From Gemmatimonadota bacterium (GTDB taxonomy: Bacteria > Gemmatimonadota > Gemmatimonadetes > Gemmatimonadales > GWC2-71-9): a DNA stretch of 38,439 nucleotides. The stretch covers positions 1-38,439 of the forward strand of contig JAZDCY010000055.1 of the NCBI GenBank assembly GCA_036679645.1, read 5' to 3'. Below the pieces are notes generated by a model. That model did no database searches and was not told the DNA's origin. It was given only the letters and a program-made list of their open reading frames with translations. Below are positions 1-9,120 of the stretch, piece by piece (position 1 is the stretch's first letter; the number at the start of each line of letters is the position of its first letter). Position numbers and translations under genes: made by a program.

Positions 1-116
1 TGATCGCTGCGTTAACAGCGGTCGGAGTTCGGGTTCACCTGCACCCGAGGAGCTTCCTCTTTTTTCTCCCTCCTGTCGAGGGTCAGCAATTACACAAAGA
101 TAGGGACACTACCCTC

Positions 117-290
117 GTGAAGGCCGGAGAAATTACCAATGTGGGACGGCCTGGTGGGCGACCACTTGTGCGGCGGAAGGATCTGCCGATGAAGGCCGGT
201 CACTTGCCACAACGAAGTGACTCTTTGTACCCTACGACGTCCAAAACTCAGGTAGTGCGCTCGGTCATCGACGGCTTGAAAGGAGCCTAG
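117..290 (+). pseudogene. Excisionase-like HTH protein, C-terminal part (5' end apparently degenerate)
   Basis: Open frame GTG117-TAG290 (VKAGEITNVGRPGGRPLVRRKDLPMKAG...VVRSVIDGLKGA) ends 3 nt before the integrase ATG; pattern resembles the wing of Xis/MerR-like HTH proteins; below the ORF track size cutoff. Confidence 0.45.
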
Positions 291-293
291 ACG

Positions 294-1562
294 ATGGCTG
301 CTACCTCGACTTGGAGCTACAGCACTGGCGAACGGGGTCGTAATCGTGTTCGCGTATTCGTGACTCGCCATGGAAGCTTGGCAGTCGAGTACTACGAACC
401 CCACAACGGGGGCACACGACCTCGTCGCATCTCCCTCGGGCACCGAGACGAAGATCGGGCCAAACGGGAGGCCGATCACATCGCGGCCCGGCTGGGTGAC
501 CAGCCTCGGCAGCCACGTGACCTCCTCACCGTCGGGCACCGAAATGAAGCTCGAGCCAAACGCGCGGCCGATCACATCGCGGCCCAGCTGGGCGACCAGC
601 AGCCTCCGCAACGACGTGACAGCCTTACGTTGGGAGAGCTCTTTGACAATTATCTTGCGAGTGAAGCTGCTCGGGGCAAGGCGGCGAACACCCGATCGCA
701 TGATCGGCTCGTTGCTCGGTTGGTGAAGGAGTTGTTTGGCCCTCATACTCTCGTACAATCGCTGGGACTGAAGAAGTGGGATCGATTCATCGCAGCGAGG
801 CGGCGTGGATCAATGAAAGGCGTCTCTCCGGTCGGAAACCGGCAGATCGAGTATGATCTGAAGACCCTTCGCGCAGCAGTGAATTGGGCCGTGGCTGCGG
901 AGCTTATCGAGCGGAACCCGCTGGAAAAACTGTCCCTACCTCAGGCGGGGACTGATCCGCACCGACCCGTGCTGGGGCAGCAACAGTATGAATCGCTATT
1001 ACAGGTTGCGCCCACGATTGGTTGGCGCTTCGAACTGGCGTTGCTGCTGGCCCACGAAACCGGCCGCCGCATCAACTCGATTCGGAATCTGCGGTGGGAG
1101 GACATCGATCCTAAGCAGCGGCGAGTCCGGTGGCGCGCCGCACATGACAAGAAGAAGCGGGCATCGGTAACACCATTGACCCCGGTCGCAGTTGCGACGC
1201 TCAAGCGGGTTCGTGCTGATCAGAAGGTGATCAGTGGCTGGGTCTTTCCGTCCCCGCTAGGGTTGACACAGCCAACGAGCCGTGGGTCATTCACAAAGTG
1301 GTTTCGCAGGGCTCTGGAGGCAGTGGGGATGGGCGATCTCCGAGGGGTCGGATACCACAGTTTGCGGCGGAAGTTCGCCACGGAGTATCGGGGGATTCCT
1401 TTGAAGGACCTGATGAACTTGGGCGGATGGAAAGACTCGAGGACTCTCATTGATTGCTACGAGCTGCCGGACCTTGAGGCCTTGGAGGAGGGATTACGGT
1501 GCCGAATCCACTCCCTCGAATCCACTCCCCCAGCTGATGATTCTGATACGGCAAGTCTGTAA
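294..1562 (+). CDS. Tyrosine recombinase / site-specific integrase
   Basis: Catalytic motifs ETGRR (R), DKK (K), HSLRR (HxxR), GGW, DCY (Y); AAAGGAG RBS; adjacent to a tRNA. Confidence 0.93.
   Translation: MAATSTWSYSTGERGRNRVRVFVTRHGSLAVEYYEPHNGGTRPRRISLGHRDEDRAKREADHIAARLGDQPRQPRDLLTVGHRNEARAKRAADHIAAQLGDQQPPQRRDSLTLGELFDNYLASEAARGKAANTRSHDRLVARLVKELFGPHTLVQSLGLKKWDRFIAARRRGSMKGVSPVGNRQIEYDLKTLRAAVNWAVAAELIERNPLEKLSLPQAGTDPHRPVLGQQQYESLLQVAPTIGWRFELALLLAHETGRRINSIRNLRWEDIDPKQRRVRWRAAHDKKKRASVTPLTPVAVATLKRVRADQKVISGWVFPSPLGLTQPTSRGSFTKWFRRALEAVGMGDLRGVGYHSLRRKFATEYRGIPLKDLMNLGGWKDSRTLIDCYELPDLEALEEGLRCRIHSLESTPPADDSDTASL
436..620 (+). repeat. Tandem ~96-99 bp in-frame duplication inside the integrase N-terminus
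   Basis: LGHRDEDRAKREADHIAARLGDQPRQPRD followed by VGHRNEARAKRAADHIAAQLGDQQPPQRRD; TCGGGCACCGA at 436 and 532. Confidence 0.9.
1503..1529 (+). repeat. Two perfect 13-bp direct repeats CGAATCCACTCCC (candidate integrase arm-type sites)
   Basis: Copies at 1503-1515 and 1517-1529, in the integrase 3' end just upstream of the tRNA. Confidence 0.6.
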
Positions 1563-1593
1563 CTCACAGGTAGAACAGCACTTAGCTTAGCTG

Positions 1594-1679
1594 GGACAGG
1601 TACTCAAGTGGCTTACGAGGCGCGCCTGGAGAGCGTGTAGCCGGTCTCCGGTTCGTGGGTTCGAATCCCACCCTGTCCG
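1594..1679 (+). tRNA. tRNA-Ser(GGA)
   Basis: Acceptor stem GGACAGG/CCTGTCC, discriminator G, anticodon arm CGCGC-CT-GGA-GA-GCGTG, long variable arm, T arm GTGGG-TTCGAAT-CCCAC; CCA not encoded. Confidence 0.97.
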
Positions 1680-1784
1680 TTACACACCACCGCTGGTGCA
1701 GCGCCAACCATCCGTGCCGAATCCCCGCTTCGACTCCAGGCCTCGGTGTGTGGACGTGGAGCGATCGTTGCACCTCCTACGCTG

Positions 1785-1826
1785 ATGATGCGTTGACATC
1801 ATAGTATTGGTGCATTAGCATCAAAC
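1785..1826 (+). promoter_or_regulatory. Sigma70 promoter with operator for vapBC-1 (likely leaderless)
   Basis: TTGACA(1793-1798)-17 nt-TAGCAT(1816-1821), ATG 5 nt later; inverted repeat ATGATG-N6-CATCAT over the -35. Confidence 0.75.
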
Positions 1827-2093
1827 ATGCGCACCACTGTTGACATCGATGATCACCTCCTCAAGCGCCTGCGCCGCGCCGCGTATCGCAGCAGGGTGCC
1901 GTTCAAGCAGATCCTGAACCGGGTGCTGCGCCGAGGCCTGGACGACGGCGAGGGTGTGCCGTCCGTGACCTACGAGTGCCCGACCTTCTCGATGGGGCAG
2001 GCCGCCCCGCAGATCGATCTCGACAAGGCGCTCCGGTTGGCCGCTACGCTAGAGGACGAAGAAACCGCCGGCGAACTCGAGCGACGTAGGTAG
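1827..2093 (+). CDS. VapB-type antitoxin (RHH/CopG-like)
   Basis: MRTTVDIDDHLL N-terminus, acidic C-terminus, directly upstream of a PIN gene. Confidence 0.88.
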   Translation: MRTTVDIDDHLLKRLRRAAYRSRVPFKQILNRVLRRGLDDGEGVPSVTYECPTFSMGQAAPQIDLDKALRLAATLEDEETAGELERRR

Positions 2094-2099
2094 CAGCCG

Positions 2100-2534
2100 G
2101 TGAAGCTCGTTGACCTGAACCTGCTGCTGTATGCCGTCAACGTGGATGCCGTACAGCATGCACGCGCCAAGGCGTGGCTGGAACGCACGCTCTCTTCCGG
2201 CGAGTCCGTCGCGCTCCCGTGGGTGGTGCTCCTGGGCTTTCTCAGAGTCACGACCCATCCACGTGTCTTCCGGAATCCTCTGTCGGCGGATCAAGCGGTG
2301 GCAACAGTTGATGGATGGCTGGCGCTGCCGCCGGTGGTCGTGCTACAAGAGGGCGCCGAGCACTGGCGTATCCTACGCGACTTACTAGCGGTCTCCGGGA
2401 CAGCCGGGAATCTCACGACCGACGCGCATCTCGCGGCACTCGCCATTGAGAGCGGATCGGAACTCTGTTCCACCGACAGTGATTTTGCTCGCTTCCGTCA
2501 TGTACGGTGGGTGAACCCCCTGACTGCCGCGTAG
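2100..2534 (+). CDS. VapC PIN-domain ribonuclease toxin
   Basis: LVDLNLLLYA ... GNLTTDAHLAALAIE ... STDSDF PIN motifs. Confidence 0.93.
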   Translation: MKLVDLNLLLYAVNVDAVQHARAKAWLERTLSSGESVALPWVVLLGFLRVTTHPRVFRNPLSADQAVATVDGWLALPPVVVLQEGAEHWRILRDLLAVSGTAGNLTTDAHLAALAIESGSELCSTDSDFARFRHVRWVNPLTAA

Positions 2535-2594
2535 ACCCAGCCGAGCTGTCTCAAATGCCTCGAGTCGGCCCGACGTGCGCGCGGCACCTCAGCC

Positions 2595-3227
2595 TCACGG
2601 CGCCACCGCCGGCGGACCGGTTACGCTAGCGCGGGGAAACCGCGCGAGGATCTTCTCCACCGCCTCCTCGACAAACTCGCGCACGTCTTGAGGTTTGGGA
2701 TTGCGGCCCAGCTTCTCCGACCCCCAACCACGCCAGATAAGCTCGTTGGTTCGGGCGTCGGTCACATCCAACACCAACGTGGCCTCGACGTACCGCGTCA
2801 CTCCGCCTCCGCCCCCGCCATAGTACGAGCCGTAGCCGAAGGGACTGTAGGGATACCCGAAGTACGGGTTGCCGAAGTATCCGTAGCTCGCGAAACCGTA
2901 GCTGTTGTACCCATAGCCCGGATCCACCCGAGTCTTCTCGTCCGTGTCGATGCGGTAGGTCACCGTGAAATCGGGCGTGCTGTCTACTACCTGCTGATAG
3001 CCCATGTGTTGAAGAGTGCTGTCGACCGCGTGCCGAACGCGCGCAGCCACCAACGCGCTGTGCACCGCGGGGTGTCCGTCGGTAACATCCGCCTGCGTCC
3101 CCCAACGGTACGTTCCCAATTGCGCTATCGGCGCCTGCGGGTTGTAGTCTGTCTGCACCTGCAGCGACGCGCAGCCGGCGACGGCAAGCACCGCTGCCGA
3201 TCTCAGGGCCAATCGAATGGCTAGCAT
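2595..3227 (-). CDS. DUF4136-family lipoprotein
   Basis: Lipobox VAGC, VQTDY, Tyr/Gly-rich loop, TLVLDVTDARTNELIWRG, KILARFP; GGAGG RBS. Confidence 0.85.
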   Translation of the reverse strand: MLAIRLALRSAAVLAVAGCASLQVQTDYNPQAPIAQLGTYRWGTQADVTDGHPAVHSALVAARVRHAVDSTLQHMGYQQVVDSTPDFTVTYRIDTDEKTRVDPGYGYNSYGFASYGYFGNPYFGYPYSPFGYGSYYGGGGGGVTRYVEATLVLDVTDARTNELIWRGWGSEKLGRNPKPQDVREFVEEAVEKILARFPRASVTGPPAVAP

Positions 3228-3278
3228 CGTTTCCTCCTTATTGCTACGACATCTCGTGTGTCGTTTTCGTGTATGATG

Positions 3279-4436
<1,158 letters not shown>

Positions 4437-4560
4437 GTGGCCTCCTCGAGCAAGAGAGTGAGCCGTGTTCCGGAACCGAACCGGTGTCTCCGGCCGTTTC
4501 CTTCTATAGGTGAGTGGCACAAGCACCCAATTTCTTACACACGAGTTTGTGGGGTCTGTA

Positions 4561-5181
4561 GTGGCTGACGTACTAACGAGTTACGACGGAGCGTTCGGGG
4601 CGGGGGCGGCCACACGGTCCGGATTCGCCGCATTGATCAGGCGACGCGATCCCAGCGCCGTGAACGCGGTAGTGCGCCGCTATATGTCCCAGGTGTTTCG
4701 AGCCGCGCGGGGCGCCGGGCTCGATGCCGATGCCGCTGAGGACGTGATGCAATCGACCTTCGGCGCGTTCATCGCCGCCGCGCCGCGGTTCGAGGGCCGA
4801 TCACATGTGCGGACGTGGCTGTTCGGGATCCTCTATCGCAAGATCGCCGCGGTGCGCCGCCGCTTCCGGCGCCAGCAGCGCGTGGACCATATCGATGACG
4901 TGCGGGAGGATCGGCTTCGCGCGACGGGAAGCTGGACCCGTCCGGCGCCACCGGCGGATGTCAATATCGACGGCGCCGAGGTACGGGATGAGATCGACGA
5001 GTGCCTGAGCGCGGTGCCGGAACAGCAACGCGCGGCATTCGTGCTGCGCGAGGTCGAACAGCGCAGCACAGAGGAGATTGCCGCAGCGTTGGGTGTTACG
5101 CCGAACAACCTGGGCGTGCTCGTGCATCGAGCGCGCAAGCGTCTGCGTGCCTGCTTGGTGGCAAAAGGGATCGAGCGCTAG
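4561..5181 (+). CDS. ECF-type sigma-70 factor
   Basis: AEDVMQSTF, FEGRSHVRTWLFGI (region 2), AFVLREVE...EIAAALGVT...LVHRARKRLR (region 4); start uncertain (GTG4561 or 4510). Confidence 0.9.
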   Translation: MADVLTSYDGAFGAGAATRSGFAALIRRRDPSAVNAVVRRYMSQVFRAARGAGLDADAAEDVMQSTFGAFIAAAPRFEGRSHVRTWLFGILYRKIAAVRRRFRRQQRVDHIDDVREDRLRATGSWTRPAPPADVNIDGAEVRDEIDECLSAVPEQQRAAFVLREVEQRSTEEIAAALGVTPNNLGVLVHRARKRLRACLVAKGIER

Positions 5182-5314
5182 CGGTCGGCGAGTCCGCGGT
5201 CGATTCGCGCGAAGAGTGAGACGGTCACCACCGGGTTGTTGTTGACTCATGTAATCAGTTGTTATGCAAGGTGTTAGATGGCCTGCGCACCGTTAGAGTT
5301 GCTGCACGATCGAG

Positions 5315-5352
5315 TTGACATATTAATGTCGTATCGATATGCTTTGACATAT
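5315..5352 (+). promoter_or_regulatory. Sigma70 promoter with operators for vapBC-2 (likely leaderless)
   Basis: TTGACA(5315-5320)-17 nt-TATGCT(5338-5343), ATG 7 nt later; inverted repeats GACAT-ATTA-ATGTC and ATATG-N6-CATAT. Confidence 0.75.
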
Positions 5353-5602
5353 GCGTACCACGATTCGCATGGACGATGGGCTTCTGCGGCAAGCCAAGGA
5401 GCACGCCGCGCGTACCGGCACAACCTTGACGCGCGTCATCGAGAACGCCGTCCGGGAGCTGTTGGCGCGGCGCAAACCGCTCCGCGTTCGTGAGCCGGTT
5501 TGCCTTCCCACGTTTGACGGCGAGGGCCTGCAGGCCGGCGTGGATCTGGACGATGCGGCATCACTGATAGACCTCATGGACGCGGGCGATGCGCCTGGTT
5601 GA
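5351..5602 (+). CDS. VapB-type antitoxin
   Basis: MRTTIRMDDGLL...GVDLDD; overlaps downstream PIN gene by 14 nt. Confidence 0.88.
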   Translation: MRTTIRMDDGLLRQAKEHAARTGTTLTRVIENAVRELLARRKPLRVREPVCLPTFDGEGLQAGVDLDDAASLIDLMDAGDAPG

Positions 5603-6017
5603 CGTCAACGTTCTCGTCTACGCGTTCCGCACCGACGCCCCGGATCACAAGGCGTACGCGACGTGGCTTGAGGCGCTCGTCAACTCGGACGAGGCCTACG
5701 CCGTCTTCGATCTGATCCTATCTGGTTTTCTCCGGGTCGTGACCCACCCGCGCGTCTTTGCTCCGCCGACCCCGGTGCCGGCCGCGCTGACGTTCGTCGA
5801 GATGTTCCGGTCGCACCCCACGGCCGTTCCCCTGCATCCGGGCCCACGTCACTGGCAGATCTTCACTCGGCTATGCCGCCATGTGGCGGCCCGCGGCAAC
5901 CTAGTGCCTGATGCTTTTCTCGCGGCGCTCGCGATCGAATCCGGCAGTGAGTTCCTTACGACGGACCGAGACTATGCGCGGTTTCCCGATCTGCGGTGGC
6001 GCCACCCACTCCAGTAG
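5589..6017 (+). CDS. VapC PIN-domain ribonuclease toxin
   Basis: LVDVNVLVYA ... GNLVPDAFLAALAIE ... TTDRDY; paralog of 2100-2534. Confidence 0.93.
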   Translation: MRLVDVNVLVYAFRTDAPDHKAYATWLEALVNSDEAYAVFDLILSGFLRVVTHPRVFAPPTPVPAALTFVEMFRSHPTAVPLHPGPRHWQIFTRLCRHVAARGNLVPDAFLAALAIESGSEFLTTDRDYARFPDLRWRHPLQ

Positions 6018-6035
6018 CGCTGTTCTCCCGTCATT

Positions 6036-6336
6036 GCGCTCATGAGGTGTCATAAAGCCGGGCATGGCCGAACGCCCGGCGCGGATATCGGTGATACGGG
6101 AACGGGTCACGCCGGAACTCGAGGCCGCGCTCGACATCGCCATGGCCAAAACTCCGGCCGATCGATACCAGACGGCTGCCGCCTTTCGCACGGATCTGGA
6201 ACCGGGTGCGAGGCCGGTCACGCTGGAGCGGGAAGCGATGCGGGCTAGCGGTGGTAAAAGGGGAATACTGACGTGGGTTCGCCGGCTGCTCGGCGCTCCT
6301 AAGACAGCTCGCACCCCCCCCCACACGTCGCTTTAG
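6036..6336 (+). pseudogene. Remnant of a Ser/Thr kinase (end of C-lobe only)
   Basis: ERPARISVIRERVTPELEAALDIAMAKTPADRYQTAAAF resembles Hanks kinase subdomains X-XI; no upstream kinase motifs. Confidence 0.65.
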
Positions 6337-6428
6337 CGACAAACAGTCGATGATTCGTGGCTGCTGCCGAGTCGAGGCCTAAGCCGCGAAATACCGCGGA
6401 TGCCGTGAGATCCTGTGCGCTCGGCGTG

Positions 6429-6617
6429 CTAGAGCTTCACCAAGGCGATGATGGCCCCGATGAACGTGACGGTGGTGCCGGCCCACAGTCCCACCATCCA
6501 CCGGATCATCCGTCCTTCGAGGCCTTCCACTCCCACGCGCAGGTCACTAATACTCTCCTGCAGCTCGTTTTGGACTTGCCCCAGGCGTCGTTCCATATTG
6601 CCCAGCCGTCGTTCCAT
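6429..6617 (-). CDS. Small coiled-coil protein with C-terminal TM helix (DUF1640-like)
   Basis: MERRLGN-MERRLGQ heptads followed by IRWMVGLWAGTTVTFIGAIIALVKL. Confidence 0.55.
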   Translation of the reverse strand: MERRLGNMERRLGQVQNELQESISDLRVGVEGLEGRMIRWMVGLWAGTTVTFIGAIIALVKL

Positions 6618-6656
6618 CCGAGGCTCTATCGGCCGAGCAGGATTTTCGGCGCCCGA

Positions 6657-7079
6657 CTATTGCGGAGCAGGGAGCCGCTCGAACCCCGCGATACTGAAAT
6701 GATTGTCCAACGCCAACGCCGTCGTGATCCGCAACTCGCGCATCACCTCGAAACTCGTCGCGTCGGTCAGTGAAAACGCGTGGTCGCCAAACGGGCGCAG
6801 CCATCGGTTGACAGCGTTGTCCTGGAGCGCGGGGGCTACAAAGCGCACCTCGTGTGCGGTGTCTTGCTTCAACGCATCCAGAAACGCGAGTGCCGCATCG
6901 GCTCCGCGGTTGCGTGTAAGCAATGCGTGCATCTCTGCGATCACCAGGTTCGTCGTCACGAACCCTCGCCGGGCTTCAAGCACGTCGCGGTACGCCCGCA
7001 CCGAGTCCGCGTGCAGCGCCTCGCGCGATGACAGAACCGCGAGCCACCCCGACGTGTCGAGAAAAACGCGTCGGCTCAC
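6657..7079 (-). CDS. VapC PIN-domain toxin
   Basis: VFLDTSGW, TTNLVIAE, FSLTDATSF, LDNHF...GF; GTGA overlap with upstream antitoxin. Confidence 0.92.
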   Translation of the reverse strand: MSRRVFLDTSGWLAVLSSREALHADSVRAYRDVLEARRGFVTTNLVIAEMHALLTRNRGADAALAFLDALKQDTAHEVRFVAPALQDNAVNRWLRPFGDHAFSLTDATSFEVMRELRITTALALDNHFSIAGFERLPAPQ

Positions 7080-7354
7080 TGTGCGCCATACGCGTCTGTC
7101 AGGTGCTCATCGTGATGAGCGGCAACGTCGTCCGGCCAATCGTCGCCCGCCAGTGACGACAGCAGGGTGAGTACGGGACTTCCGGTCCCGTCTCCCTCCT
7201 CCAGTGCAAAGGCGCGGATTCCGCGCCGCAGCACCTCGGCACGCGAAATCCCGTGAGACTCTGCGAGACGGTCGAGCAGAGCGCGCTCGTCCGCCGCCAG
7301 ATACACCTGCAAAGGCTCGCGCACTTCGCCTCTAGGACGACGTTTCTTGCTCAT
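7076..7354 (-). CDS. RHH/CopG-type antitoxin
   Basis: LQVYL...LLDRLA...ISRAEVLRRGI RHH pattern and acidic DVAAHHDEHL tail. Confidence 0.87.
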   Translation of the reverse strand: MSKKRRPRGEVREPLQVYLAADERALLDRLAESHGISRAEVLRRGIRAFALEEGDGTGSPVLTLLSSLAGDDWPDDVAAHHDEHLTDAYGAQ

Positions 7355-7388
7355 GAATTAATCTATATAATTTAGTTGATGATGACAA
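7355..7388 (-). promoter_or_regulatory. Sigma70 promoter for vapBC-3 (likely leaderless)
   Basis: Minus strand TTGTCA(7388-7383)-17 nt-TAGATT(7365-7360), ATG 5 nt later. Confidence 0.7.
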
Positions 7389-7398
7389 TATAATGCAC

Positions 7399-7431
7399 AA
7401 AAACCCCGCCGCCGGCACACCGACGACGGGG
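7399..7431 (-). terminator. Rho-independent terminator after the DUF2911 gene
   Basis: Minus strand CCCCGTCGTCGG-TGTG-CCGGCGGCGGGG then TTTTT. Confidence 0.8.
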
Positions 7432-7481
7432 ACGTAACTATATGTGGCGCTGCCGACTACGCTCTATCACGCCTTCACGCC

Positions 7482-8360
7482 CTACCGCCTTTCCCCGTGC
7501 CCCCACAGCGCATCGCCCAACACGCGCAGGTCGAACGCCGTCGCACGTCCCTCGTACGGGCTGAACTCGAAAATCACGTCCATTACGATGTCGAACAGCT
7601 CGCCGTCGTCCAATTCCCCCGCGGCGAACATGCCCTCGCCCAGACTGATGAGCCAGAACTCGCCCAGACGAGGGCTCGGCGGGTTCTCCCAGTGGCCCAC
7701 GAGACGGTCGTTCTCATGCACGAGGTCGAAGCTAACCTGCCCGTCGCCGAACGGTCCCATCAGCTGCAACGTGTAGGAACCGACATACCTGCTCGCGAGA
7801 TCGGCAGAGACCGTGAGATCGCGCGACGGTTGCACGCGGATGTCGAACGTGACCGCGCGCGGCCCCCACGCCATGCGGAGTGTGGTGCCCGTAGGCCGGA
7901 CTTCGTGGAACGACCACGTGAGGATCTCGGTGTGGGGTGCCGCCTGGGGGGAGACGGCGAAGCGCACCTGCTCATCGGACGGCGGCGGTCCCATTAAATG
8001 AAAACGGCGTGGCTCGGGATCGAAGATGGCGGTCCAGTCGCCTTCCCCGACCTGGAGCCATACGGAGTACTTCCCTTCGGGAAGCGCATGTCCGTTGATC
8101 GTGATGTCCTTGTTGATTTCGATTGTCGTGGCCCAGTTGGCGCCCGGTGTCCAGATCTTGCCGTACGGAATCTCGCCTCCGTACAGTTCCGAGCGCCCGC
8201 GCGCCTGGGGCCGCGCGTAGTCGATCGCGATCGTCGTGCCGTCGATTGTTTGCGAGACGCCGCCTCGTTCGCTCGCGCGAATCTGTGCATGCGTGCTGCA
8301 AGGAACGAGTGCAACGGTGCCGGCGAACGCGACGAGTGTGAGAGCGAGACGTCGAGTCAT
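7482..8360 (-). CDS. DUF2911 domain-containing secreted protein with C-terminal extension
   Basis: Signal peptide; RAS..VSQTIDGTTIAIDYARP..RGR..YG..IPYGKIWTPGANWAT. Confidence 0.85.
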   Translation of the reverse strand: MTRRLALTLVAFAGTVALVPCSTHAQIRASERGGVSQTIDGTTIAIDYARPQARGRSELYGGEIPYGKIWTPGANWATTIEINKDITINGHALPEGKYSVWLQVGEGDWTAIFDPEPRRFHLMGPPPSDEQVRFAVSPQAAPHTEILTWSFHEVRPTGTTLRMAWGPRAVTFDIRVQPSRDLTVSADLASRYVGSYTLQLMGPFGDGQVSFDLVHENDRLVGHWENPPSPRLGEFWLISLGEGMFAAGELDDGELFDIVMDVIFEFSPYEGRATAFDLRVLGDALWGHGERR

Positions 8361-8404
8361 GTTCTGGTCATCCTTGGTGAGAATAAGGAGAGAACGGGAA
8401 ACAA

Positions 8405-8857
8405 TTACCCGTTGCCGAACCGCGCGTCGATGGCAGCCCGGATCTGATCGAGTGTGCGACCCGCCTTGTGTAGTCGCACGACCACGCGGCCTTCGGTCTG
8501 GCAGATCTGGCAGGTTCGGGCCATCCCACCGCCCTCAAAGCAGGTGAGCAGCGAACGATAGTCCGGGAGGTCGGCGCAGCCACACTTGCAACGGATCCCG
8601 TCGGCGATGTGCGGTATGGCGCGAATCCCATCGTATAGGTCGATCACGTGCGAGTAGCGCTCGAGCTGTTCCGTGGTGAGTACGTTCGATGCGTCGACAT
8701 CCGGTCGCGGATCGGGGTGGGGGCCCGGCGTCGCTCTGGACACGGGCGAACACCATTCCATGGCCATCTTGGAACGCGGCACGCCGAGCATGCCGGTCAC
8801 GCCGGCAGCGAGCGATGCTACGAAGCCTCGACGCGAGGTACTAGCGAGATCCAGCAC
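8405..8857 (-). CDS. PCYCGC-like Cys-rich protein with twin-arginine signal
   Basis: SRRGFVA Tat motif; IRCKCGC, SLLTCF, CQIC; start approximated at GTG8857 behind GGAGGA. Confidence 0.7.
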   Translation of the reverse strand: MLDLASTSRRGFVASLAAGVTGMLGVPRSKMAMEWCSPVSRATPGPHPDPRPDVDASNVLTTEQLERYSHVIDLYDGIRAIPHIADGIRCKCGCADLPDYRSLLTCFEGGGMARTCQICQTEGRVVVRLHKAGRTLDQIRAAIDARFGNG

Positions 8858-9120
8858 GACTCCTCCCGACGGTCCCTGGGAACTGAATTCTAGTAATATG
8901 GGCCCCATTGAGGGAGGCGCCAATGGTGATCGAATGGGTGTAGCCCACGATGCCGCACCATTCGCGTCAGTGCACGTCCCCTGTCAGATTACCGGTGCCA
9001 CGACCGTGCGACGGATGGTGAGTACGTCTTCAGAGAATCCTCAGGCCGTGGTTACGGGCCTTGGTACAGGCTGTCTCTCATAGCCGCCCGCGTCCGGCGG
9101 TTCAACCACGGAGAATCAGC

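Noticed and set aside
1..260. Several hairpins upstream of the integrase suggesting a guide-like ncRNA
   Set aside because: Most of the region is explained by the xis-like frame; short stems are expected at this GC content and no covariation evidence is available
90..758. 222-aa minus-strand ORF with an internal repeat
   Set aside because: Antisense shadow of the integrase; its repeat mirrors the integrase duplication
8900..9120. Hairpins upstream of the porin as a possible riboswitch
   Set aside because: CCATTG/CAATGG and CGAATGG/CCATTCG stems exist but match no aptamer consensus I recognise
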